Part shown: piece after piece, positions 21,238 to 31,981 of the stretch
How the letters are laid out: each line of letters starts with the position of its first letter
How positions within the stretch are numbered: position 1 is the stretch's first letter
Origin: Macrostomum lignano
Lineage: Eukaryota
Assembly (NCBI GenBank): GCA_002269645.1
Contig: NIVC01004756.1
Span: 1-35,865, forward strand
Length of the DNA stretch: 35,865 nucleotides
Reading direction: 5' to 3'
Translations under genes and position numbers: made by a program
Notes under the pieces: generated by a model
What the model was told of the DNA's origin: nothing
Databases searched by the model: none
The model's input: the letters and a program-made list of their open reading frames with translations, nothing else

Positions 21238-22663
21238 AGGCCAATGGCAATTGGCAATACACGCTTGAATTTTTGGGCAATATACTACATGATCCGGAGT
21301 GTGGTACCTATTCCTAAGCTAAATATAAAGGCATTTTAATATATAGGTTTGATGGCACAAAAAAACATTATTGATAGGCCTAGTTGCAGCTTGCAGTTAG
21401 TGAAGCCATAAAGATAGCACAGCAAAAATATTCTTTGGACATTTATTATTATGTTGACAACTGTAACAAAAAATCACAAAATCAGTAATTACACCCAATT
21501 CTTAAATTATTATACTGAATTCAATATGTATTAACAAAAACATTGGCCCTAGTAAATAGGGTCTAAGATATTGACTAAATCAAACTTACTAACACACTTC
21601 TTTTCCAACCATGCCATGTAGTGGTGCCCTAGTGATAGTCTGATAGAAAATTGAAATGCTAAAAAGCATAATTAAAAGCAACAAATAAAAAGGGGTTTTA
21701 GGTTATATTTGCTTTGTACCCTGCCTGCCAAGACTGCCCCCACCTTGTCCACATCTAAAACTCTCGAACTTTATTTAGCCCTATAGTAGGCCCTATTTAG
21801 CTCGTAGGATATAGTAGGTATAAATCTAGTAGTAGTATAGTCGGTATAGGGCGGAAGCAGCAAGCAGCAAAGCTCAAGATTAGTTCAGTTCAGAAAACTA
21901 GCTATTAGGCCCTTGCCCTGATAAAACTCTATTTAAAAGCGATCGATTATACATCTAGGAAACTATAATTACAAATAAAACTGTTAAACTTTTACTAGTT
22001 ATAACAAATATTTTACTTTTTTAGACTCCAATAGAGGCAAAAGAAAAGTAAAATTATCCGTTTAGTTTTTTTATTAGAATTATAAAGCTATAATATGTAT
22101 GATATTCATAAATAATCAATAAAATAACAAGCATTATCTGTTCACCATTTTTGTTGAAACGAGCTTCTTTAGAGGATCATAAAAATTGGATACGTATCAA
22201 AGACGTTCCTGCAACCAAAAAAGTTACGTATTGGAGACGTCCCACTTTCTATTGGATACGTAATTTTGCTATGCGGGCTCGCTCCAATAATTAAGCCATT
22301 TCCGAAGACTTCGGGGTTTCCCCGCTCTCGGACCGCTTTTAGTAGTAACCCAAGCTTTTTTTGCTAATTCCAATCTTTTCTGCGCACTCCCGAGGACTTG
22401 TCTGTTGGGTGGTGGCCTGGGTGGACTCGGTCCTAGCACCGTCCCTGATTCCACTTTTTGGGTTGGCGGTGTCTTGTACCGTAGGTTTGGGCTAGTAGCA
22501 CCAATTCACTAGGTTCTCACCAGAGTCCTAAGCTCTGGTCCCAATTGTGGCCTCTCGGGCTACATGCCCCGGGCAGTATGGCCCAATCAGATCCTTGCGG
22601 CAGAGCCCGCCTTTCGGGCTGATCCGCGGGTAGCCCCCGGCTTCCCACCCTCGTTTAACAACA

Positions 22664-22962
22664 ATAGGGAAAGTGCGACCGCTGTTTTTCGTAACTTGTG
22701 CGAAAAAGCCGACATAGGTTGCTTATATATGAGCCCAGTAGCTTAGGGACATAGACGCTATTTTTTGAGAATTTAATAGAACTTCTCATGAATTTAATAA
22801 ATAGCTACCAGTCAAACTAAGAATGATGCATGCACTGCAGAGACTACTGACGAACTTGAGTTCAGTAGTTGATTTTCGCGCTGTCGCGAGTTGCAATTTT
22901 TTTACATTAGCTTCTATGGCCACATAAGTGGTTAATGAGTGGCCCATCTTGTGTATATATGA
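22664..22962 (-). mobile_element. Dispersed ~300-bp repeat, putative non-autonomous Helitron-like element (copy 1)
   Basis: Homologous to 31660-31981. On the minus strand it starts TC (TCATATATACACAAGATGGG), ends CCCTAT and sits between A and T with no TSD. A TTTTTCG..CGAAAAA inverted repeat lies near the 3' end. Confidence 0.6.
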
Positions 22963-23710
22963 TATTTGGTCCTACAAGACATTTAGAAAAAAAAAACAGA
23001 TCCCCTGCCTCGGCTACCAATTCCAGCAGACTTTGTGCTTTGAGTGAACAGAGCTGAACTGAACTCCCCAGCTTCATCATTCCATTCTGCGAGTGGCCTC
23101 AGTAAGTTAGGTTCAAGCACGGAATTTGTCGCTAGCACCTGTGCCAGGTACATGTACATGTACGAATAGACACACATGCCAGACAATTAGAAAGTCAAGG
23201 GCCGCTTCAAGATGTACATGTACATCAAAAGCATTTGTCTGTGCAGTGTGAAACCTTGCGTATGCATGCGCTGATCGTATACTTGCATCCTTACTAGCGT
23301 GCGTCGACTTTCGCCTGTATTTGTCTCATTAACAGTAGAACTTCCAAGAGGGGGGGGGGGGGAAATCCCCCCTGACAATTTTTTTTGCTGCGCCGGAACG
23401 GAGCAACGCAGGCACACGAAATTCAAGAACACGGGCAACTTTCTGTTGCGCACCTTCTCAAACAAGAATCAAGTCGCCAGCCCTCCAGACCGTCGAGATA
23501 TTCGACGATTCTGCCAGAAGGTCGGATTTTTCCCATAAGTGCTAGTGTATTCAGTACATGTACACCCCTGTGCGCCAATTAGCACTGCGCCTCAGTGCAG
23601 CCTTCCCAAGTCTCCAAATTTCATCAGCACGTCGACCACATGTGTCTGCATCAGTTCTGACTTCGTTGGTCACTAGCCTTCACCTAGGTGGAGCTTCTGG
23701 ACCCTCAACT

Positions 23711-23995
23711 GGTGGCACCAGGGGACTATGGACAGCCTGATAATAATTTCTCTAGTTTCGCTGATCAAGCCTCGACAGTGGGAAAAAATCAACTGCTGGA
23801 CATCCTCAGCTAGTCATTCAAGCATTCAGCCATCACCCCGACGCCGTCGGCACCTTCAACAGGTGGCACCAGGTGACTATGAAGATCCTGTTGGAACTAT
23901 TTCAGATTTTTATTATCAAGCTTCAATAATGGGCAAACCTCAACTGCTGGACATCCTCAGCTAGTCTCTCGAGCCTTCAGTCATCACCCCGACGT
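23711..23995. repeat. Diverged tandem duplication, period ~151 bp
   Basis: GGTGGCACCAGG at 23711 and 23862; TCAACTGCTGGACATCCTCAGCTAGTC and CATCACCCCGACG occur in both copies. Confidence 0.8.
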
Positions 23996-25743
23996 CTGGC
24001 GTGGTATTCCTACTGTTAAGCAAAAGCCACTTGCGACTGCTCGTATACATGTACATGACAATACAGAATTACAGTAGTGACAGATACATAAATGAGCAAC
24101 TGTGTCCATTACTATCGGACAAGGATTTGACGTGCAATGTAAATTCATATACAGTAATTAACATACATATGTACGTAATTAAAAGAAGACATCGGACTAA
24201 AAGGTTCTAGACTGCTTACTTATTTAAGTAGGCATGTTACAGAATACAAAAACAGAAAATTTCGTTATATTTAGACTATTTACATGCAATCGTACATATA
24301 ATTAAATGTCGACCACCGCTGTAGTTTCGAGCAAATTTCTGTTCGAAGAAACCTTTAACCGTGACCATATACAGTTTTTGTAGCAAAATATTAATGGGAT
24401 ATGTGTTCCGTGCATACAACTACCTTTATATCATTAATTCCTGGGCATTTGCGTTCATGTTGGGTCCATAGCTCTCTTATCTGCTATATCTCGAGCTGCT
24501 TTAAAACTGGCGATACAACCAACACACAAACGCTTCAACTGCTCCCTGGGTATGCTGGAATAATCTAAATGTACTCATATAATGTACACAGAAATGTGTT
24601 TACATGTACCATGCAGGCCAAATGTAGCCTTCTTATCCAGCAATGTTAATACGGCGAATACCAAAAATAAGTCGCTTAGTTTAAACCTGATACGCACTGC
24701 ACACACAGTCAAGTGGGCAGAGCAAACTGCAGTAAATTGAGACCAAAAAATCGCTAACTGTACCAAATTTCTCTTTAGCGATCTAAACTGCGACGCAATT
24801 CGCAGCAGGTGCAAGGCACTGAATGGGATCGCTAATTTCTATAACTAAATTGCCAACCTAGCTGCAACGTGCGAACTTAATTAGCTTGCTAGACTCATTC
24901 GCATTGCGGTAATTGGCAAAGAAAGTTCATTGAGAATAATGAGAAAATATTAGGCTCAATTAAGCCAGAAAGGCCCCAGAGCTCGAAGCGATGCAAAATT
25001 TATGAATTATTAGCGATTATAATTATGAGCCACTTTGCTGCTTTTGTTGACTGGAGAAAAGCAATTGTATGGCTCAGAAGGTTCGTTATAAACGCGACAA
25101 GCGGGCATTGCTTCTTGCTCGGATTAAATTGTTAACGACGCATTTTTTTGCAGCAAAAGATTTTCCAAATCTTATACATGAAGAAAAATTAAAAAGCACC
25201 AGAAAAAACATGTTGAAGAAATATTGTAAATAAAATGTCGAGTGAGGCACCGCAGTTAAGTTTTAGGTGGGAAGCTCCATTCCATTACCGCTACTTAAAG
25301 CGATTTGGATTTAAAATGGCGAGTATATTTTTCAGCTACCCACACTCGTATATAACAAAATTCATTCCTTGATCCAGTGAAAATTGAGGGCTGCAAAACA
25401 TCTGACTGGCAGCAATTGAAAGGGTTCGCTGTACAAAATGGTGTAGAAAAAATTGTAAGAAGTTTATTGGCTGATCAGATGGATAATAAAAATACAAATC
25501 AAGTCAATCAATATCGAATTAAACTAAGAAGGGATATCAGCAAACTATTGACTATGCATTGAAGATTGTGCCCGATGCGTAAAGCGTCGTAAATAAGATT
25601 TGATCAGTCATTTTAATTAGTATAAACAGTTTAAAGTATAAAGTACAAACAAGCCCTCAATAATACCTACATTTCTGGATGCCTCCAGAACTCGATGTTA
25701 GAGCTTGATTTTTATAGAAAGATTGTTTGAAGTTAATCACTTC

Positions 25744-28219
25744 TCAAACTTCAGTTGTAGTTCTCGATTGTCGACCCAGTTGACGTACTGCGAACGAAGA
25801 GGCTGTCGTAGCAACTTTTGACGACGGTACTGCAGCGTTTGCCATTGATGGAGCCGGCGCTCGAGTGTTAGGATTTGTCGAAGGTCTTGAAGCAGACGAT
25901 TGAACAGCCACTTGTTGAGGAACGGCTGAAGCTTTTGGAAGAGAGGCAGCTGAAGCTCTTCGTGGACGAGTTGCTGGACCGCGGCTTGAAGGAACTGCTG
26001 AAGCTCTAGGGGAAGTAGTGGATGAGGCCCTTGGTGATGGAACTGCTGAAGTTGCTGAAGCTGAAGCTCTCGGTGGAGGCACTGCCGAAGCGCTTTGAGA
26101 AACTGCTGAAGCTCTCGGTGGAGGCACTGCCGAAGCGCTTTGAGAAACTGCTGAAGCTCTCGGTGGAGGCACTGCCGAAGCGCTTTGAGAAACTGCTGAA
26201 GCCCTCGGTGGAGGCACTGCCGAAGCGCTTTGAGAAACTGCTGAAGCCCTCGGTGGAGGCACTGCCGAAGCGCTTTGAGGAACTGCTGAAGCCCTTTGGG
26301 AAGTAGCTGTTGAACCCCTTGGTGCTGGAGCTGCAGCGGGTCTTATTGAAGAATTCGAATAGATTTCGTGAGCTTGTCCTGCTTGAACATCCTCCCGCAC
26401 TGTCGCGGAGTTCCTATTGTCGATCGGTTCCTCTCTGAGCGAAGAAATTTTGGTTCGATCGATTATCAAAGTAAAGAGTTCTAATACAAATAACTAAAAA
26501 CTGCAAACCCTACATTGGCTGTCTTCTTGCTGCCAAATAGCTGAGAGGCGTTCCGCTGCCCGACCGTGGCATCATTTCGCTGTCCCGCTTGTCGCTCGCG
26601 TACGAACGCTGAAAAGTTAAAAGATGACAGCTGCGGCGGAGTGAAGTACGACAATAATTGCTGAAGTCTTTTACAAGTTACAACTTCTTAGCGCTGCTCA
26701 CAGCCACATAGCTGCTGATGCGACGTCGGTAAGAATTGTTTTAGTTGAAGGGACAAAAAATGTCAGGATCATGGAGGACATGGTTGGCAGCGTAGTCATC
26801 CGCGCCGTTGTTAATCGCATCATCGCTGTTCTTTGTTCATGAACCTTGCATCCACTAAATGAGCAGTAGTTTCCCCGAGATGTACAGCTTAATTCTATAG
26901 AAAAAACTTCCAGCATCGAGGATGTTGGAAAGATTCAAACCTGGTTGCGTCCAGAAGTGGAGTGCCGGTCCGCGTTCAAAGGACGCGACACCATTGCCGC
27001 GGCCCTATGAGGAGTTCGAGTCACAGCTTCGTTTGTTGATGTACCGCTTACGATAGCTTCGCTGTAAAATAGGGCCGCTAAACATGAAATAGCATCTGGA
27101 ATGCTCAAAGAAATACCTGATACTACAAGTATTCTAAAAGCCTTCTCTTACCCTGGTTGTCTCCGGTTGACATCGATGACACTGATTCGGACCATGTTGT
27201 CGCGAGCGGCAGAATACTATTGTTAAGGAAAAATGAATTGTTAGAAAATGATGACAAACGATTTGATAATTACTTTAATTATTGCATGTAATGTCAACTT
27301 AAGCACCGGAATGGAGACTGAAATGAAGTCGATTTGGTCTTGAGTTTTGCTTCGCTCAGTATTTAAATAGGTTGAAAATCTGATGGGCTTCACTGAAGCA
27401 TTACCTGCACTTTTCTTCTCTCCTTATTGCTGACAGAGTACGCATCAAACTAGAACTTCATCGCGCCAGCCAGCAGCACCAGCCCGACGACAATCAGAAC
27501 AGGTCCGAAAATCTCGCCCTTGTCGATTGTCAGCATGATGTTGTTGTGGAAGCGCAGCCCAAACACCACCCCCGCGCCAATGATGAACAGGATTCCGCCC
27601 ACCGTTAGGCCGATCGCAATCAGGTAGGGAACCCTCCCTCTGCCGAAGTAGGGGGCGAGCAGAAGGCCGCGAACTTTCTTGTCGTGATACTCCTGCTGGA
27701 TGCTGGACTTTCCGCTTCTTTTGCTGACCACCGAGGCCTTGGAGCCGCCGAGACTCTGAGATTGTCGAGTAGTAGTGGACTGAGACTGGGTCGAGTTGCT
27801 TCGAGCGCCCATCGTTGAGCTCCGGCTGCCTGTTGCCAGGGCGGACTGAGGCGAGTAGTAGACCCGCCCGGACGGATAAACAACAGGAACGTGTCGGATG
27901 GCATTCTGCGGCTGGTAGGAGTAGGATTGGCTTTGCACTCTTGACTGCGGCTGCTGTGCCGAGGCGCGACTTTGCTGCAGTGCCAGCTGCTGCTTTCTTT
28001 CTTTCTTTCTTTTTCGGGTCACGGACATTGTAGCTAGACGTAGCTAATAGGACCGGGGGCGTAGCCCCATGCAGCCGGGGCGCTGACCCTGCGCGGGCGG
28101 GCAGTAGACGGCGGAATCCAATTTGCGGCCTGCGGCTGCTGCTGCTTCTGCTGCTGCTGAATGACAACGGGCACAGTCGCATGGGAGTGATACTGGTACG
28201 CCTTGTTAACGTAGGCCAT
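25744..28219 (-). pseudogene. Multi-exon gene for an uncharacterised two-transmembrane protein with Gln-rich N-terminus and Ser/Ala/Pro repeat C-terminus; frame disrupted as assembled
   Basis: Candidate exons 28219-27405, 27216-27152, 27061-26941, ~26850-26702, 26608-26509 and 26434-25744, with GT-AG boundaries. TM hairpin: PYLIAIGLTVGGILFIIGAGVVFGL..IFGPVLIVVGLVLLAGAM. There is a frameshift near 28034 and an in-frame TAG at 27450-27452 followed by FDAYSVSNKERRKVQ and a GTAATG donor. The ~26.7-26.85 kb exon needs further frame changes. Could be an intact gene with assembly errors. Confidence 0.55.
26040..26300 (-). repeat. Coding 45-bp tandem repeat (15-aa unit ASAVSQSASAVPPPR)
   Basis: Plus-strand unit CTGCTGAAGCTCTCGGTGGAGGCACTGCCGAAGCGCTTTGAGAAA, ~5 copies; the length is a multiple of 3 and it lies inside ORF 25744-26469. 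Confidence 0.9.
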
Positions 28220-29328
28220 CAAACTGAAATCGTGATTTTATGCGTTGAATTTAACCTTATTCAAAAGATTCTCTATGCAGGGTCATAAGGCCAAGGTTCC
28301 AGGAATGTTTACAAGTTGAATTTTCGGCAAAAGTTTGCGCTGTTACTAATTTAAACAAAATATTTAAAAAAGTATGCATACGCACGCTTAGGAATGTGAG
28401 AATCGTGAAAAATCAAACGGTTAAAAAAATTGGTTAACTCATATTTTAAACTTTTCTCTCATTCATTTCTGCACTTCAATTCCTGCAAATCGTTAGAAAG
28501 TTTGCTATAATGTCAAATATTAATATTAGAATTCATTTTCGTTCTACAATTTCTGCCGAATTTTAACAGAAGTACATGGAAATACGCTTATTAAAATTAT
28601 CACCCAAAAATGATTGTTTTAAGTACTACGAGCTAGATTAAAACAGAAAGCCAATATTTTAATGATACTGGTATTTGTAATAAATGAACTAAAACAACAG
28701 GCAACTTTGTTAACAGCTTAATGTTAATAAATTTTGAAACTTATATTATTTTCAATGCTATCTGAACTTAATTTTTTCAAGGGTGGCACACTGTCAATGA
28801 AAGGAAATCCAAAATGCTTCAAAAATGCAGCAAGCAGGTATTTACAAAATTAGGTAATGAGGTAAATGTATATAGCTCGTAAATGAGCATAAATGAATCT
28901 GTAGAACAAAGGAAACACCACAGTCTCAATTTTTATGTAAGTTTGAGGCGACCCCAGTAGGTAGATATAACAGGTAGGTAGGTAAGATAGGTAGAAAATT
29001 ACAATGGAACCCCCAGATAGCTATTAGGAAGGGCAAACAGAAGCAGCATTAAGACAATTAATCAACTGTCAAGTCAGATATGAATGACCGAATCCAATAA
29101 AGCCTCTTTCCATTCCAGTGAGTAGCAACACCCCGCCGCAGGCACAATGGCGCTCAAACCGGCCGGGAGAAGCGAACCGAGGAAAGGCCCGACTTAGAGA
29201 GCAATGAAGTCAAAAGGACGATCGGCACGCGGCAGAATCTGGCGAACACTGGGGAGAATCAGACGGCCCGCCCACGGACTCCTATTCAACCTGGAGCTGC
29301 CCAAGAAGGCGAGATCAATCCCAAGAAG

Positions 29329-29509
<181 letters not shown>

Positions 29510-29859
29510 TGTAATCAACCATGGACAGAGTTAACAGAAGGAAGACTAAGCTCTTTTTCTGTAATTCAAACTTTATCCAACGCAACATATAGATTTGCAA
29601 AACCCTGAATAATCTCTAACTCACGCACTTAGCAACCTACTAGAACTAACTAAATTCGTGTACAACTAGGGGATTGAGTCCCAGATTTTATATTGCTTAA
29701 ACCCCTCGCCGTTGCTAACAAGCAAAGACACCCCACCGGCGGCGGGGGAGGTCAAAAATTCCAATCTGTATAAAATAGACGCCCATCTCAAACTGAAGCG
29801 GCACTGCTCTCTTTTCCTACGGTTTTCTCTGACTGCCTGATAGAAGAATTAAGGAGCTG

Positions 29860-30164
29860 AACAACCTTAAACCGCTAGACCCACATTATAGTGGGCAGAT
29901 GTGCAGCCGACAGCTCAGCCGCAGCTATTGCGCGGCGCATCTGAAGGCTGCGTACGGCTGTTCAGTCCAAGGACTGGGGGTCACCACACCCACCCTCAAT
30001 TACCCCAGCTAATGCAGGCACCCATTTTACACATGGGTGAACTGAAGCAATGCAGAGTTAAGTGTCTTGCTCAAGGACACAAATTGTTCCGGGTTGGATC
30101 GAGAATCGAACCCCCGACCTACCGGTAGTGAGTCCGACGCTCTGACCACTAGGCTACAACCCAC
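29860..30164 (-). mobile_element. tRNA-derived SINE with CORE-like central domain
   Basis: Minus strand: tRNA-like head with A box TAGCCTAGTGG and B box GGTTCGATTC, then GTGTCCTTGAGCAAGACACTTAACTC..TCAGTTCACCCATGTGTAAAATGGG, which resembles the MIR/CORE consensus as I recall it. A 3' hairpin CCCACTATAATGTGGG follows. The 3' boundary is approximate. Confidence 0.82.
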
Positions 30165-30408
30165 ACTACTCAACACCTTCAACTATTCCCATCAGGGCAT
30201 CCCGGCAGTTCTGCAACAGCATTAATAATGGATTAGCAAGTGTAGGAAGAGTCAGGCGCGGGGCCGGTTCCAAAACTGGAATAATCCAGCTTACGCTGGA
30301 TTTTTCTTTCATCAAGAGAGCCGCAGGGCAGTATAGTGCACTTACGAGGTTCACTCAGAAAGTTCTTAGCCTGAACAATAAAACAGCAACAAATGAACTA
30401 AAAAGCGA

Positions 30409-31465
30409 TTAAAAGTGCTCAAATACTATCCACCGGCATTGATACAGGCTTGCATCCTGTGAAACCAGCTGTCGAAGCACTGCCGCCAATCCTCATCCCG
30501 GAGCTCCTCGATGATGTTTTTGAACTCATTCACAGCTTCTTCCGGTGAAGAAGAAACCTGGCCCTTCAGAATCTCCTTGCACTTAGGAAACAGAAAAAGT
30601 CGCACGGTGCCAGGTCTGGACTGTAAGCAGGGTGAGTCATCAGCTGGACACCACAGTCAGCCAGAAACTCCAGAGATTGAGCCGCCGTGTGCGCACTGGC
30701 GTTGTGGTGCAGAAGCATCCCGCGCATTCCGCACCTTGGGCGCCTCTGGCTCACAGCAGAAAAGACTTTGGGCAGGCAAACCGTTGTGTACCAGTCAGCG
30801 GTGACTGTCTGGTGATCTTCAAGTGAAACGGAAGCCACATGCCCAGTGCGCATGAAGAAACAGGCCACCATCTGCTTGCCGACACTCCAGCTGCGTCGGA
30901 ACTTGGTGGGGCTGTCCTCGTCTCCAAAGGTCCACATGGCTGACTGGCGCTTGCTTTCGGGGTCGTATTGATAAATCCAGGTCTCATCGCCCGTGAGGAT
31001 GTCCCAGCTACGCTGGCTGGTCCCAGATTCGAATTTCTGCAGCATGAATCGGCACCAAGCCACCCTGGTGTCCTTCTGCACGTCCGACAGCTGATGGAGG
31101 ATCCACCGGGAAGCCAGCTTCCGCACTCCAAGGTGTTCGTGCAGAATGGCGTGCACACTCCCCGATCCAATACCGATCTCCTGCTGGATCTGCTGGTAGG
31201 TCACTCGCCGGTCAGCGGCAATCATGCTGAAGACAGCGCAGATATTTTCTGGAGTCACTGCGTCACATGGTCTCCCGGATCGATGTTCATATTCGAGGCT
31301 TTCTCGACCTCGGCGAAACTCAGCGAACCGGTTTTTGACGGTTGCGTATGAAGGACATAGATGGGTGAAAACGTTCTGTAAAGTTTGATACGAATCGGGC
31401 GGCGACTTGCCTTGCTTGAAGAGCAAATAAATCATTGCTCTGAAGTCGCGATTTTCCAGCTTCAT
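30409..31465 (-). pseudogene. Mariner transposase pseudogene
   Basis: MKLENRDFRAMIYLLFKQG start, HTH region, WILHQL (WVPHEL-like), TGDETW and HPAYSPDLAPCDF. The second catalytic Asp is missing (LLHH-NA, between 30703 and 30704), there is a -1 frameshift in the run at 30594-30598, and a premature TAG at 30426-30428 (GG*YFEHF). Confidence 0.92.
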
Positions 31466-31659
31466 TGTTAAATTCAAGAACTCAAGGGGTGAACTGACTT
31501 TAACTCGCTGCAGTGGACTCAAAAGTGGCTGCTTCTGTTTGAAAATTTTGCTGCGATACTTTTAAAAGTTGGTCTTTACTATAGACAAATTTAATGCTTC
31601 TACGTCTCGTGGATCCATAGATATTATATTCACTAGATAGGCCCCTTTGTATGGCAGTA

Positions 31660-31981
31660 ATAAGGAAAGTGCGACCGCTGTTTTTTCGTCACTTGTAAGA
31701 AAAAGGCCGACATGGGTTGCTTAAATTTTGAGTTCAGTAGCTTAGGGACATAGACACTATTTTTTGAGAATTGAATAAAAATTCTCATGAATTAATTAAA
31801 AAGCTACTCAATTGAACTAAAAATGATAAATTCACATATTCACATGAATTCACAACAGAGACTACTGACGAAATTGAGTTCAGTAGTTGATTTTCGCGCT
31901 GTCGCGAGATGCAAAATTTTTTACATTAGCTTCTATGGCCACATAAGCTGTTAATGAGTGGCCCATCTTGTGTATATATGA
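31660..31981 (-). mobile_element. Putative non-autonomous Helitron-like element (copy 2), inserted in the mariner 5' region
   Basis: Homologous to 22664-22962. Minus-strand ends are TC...CCTTAT, and the insertion is at CAAAGA|TTACTGCC (A|T) with no TSD. Confidence 0.6.

Noticed and set aside
24920-25562. Cluster of short AT-rich plus-strand ORFs (MAQKVRY.., MSSEAPQ.., KIEGCKT..) as a viral or Polinton relic
   Set aside because: No recognisable motif, and the ORFs cannot be joined convincingly; left unresolved pending a tBLASTx search.
26022-26306. Antisense ORF LLKLSVEALPKRFEK repeat
   Set aside because: It is the shadow of the 45-bp coding repeat on the opposite strand.
30090-30164. A tRNA gene
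   Set aside because: The acceptor stem is not closed and the sequence runs straight into a CORE domain, so it is a SINE head.
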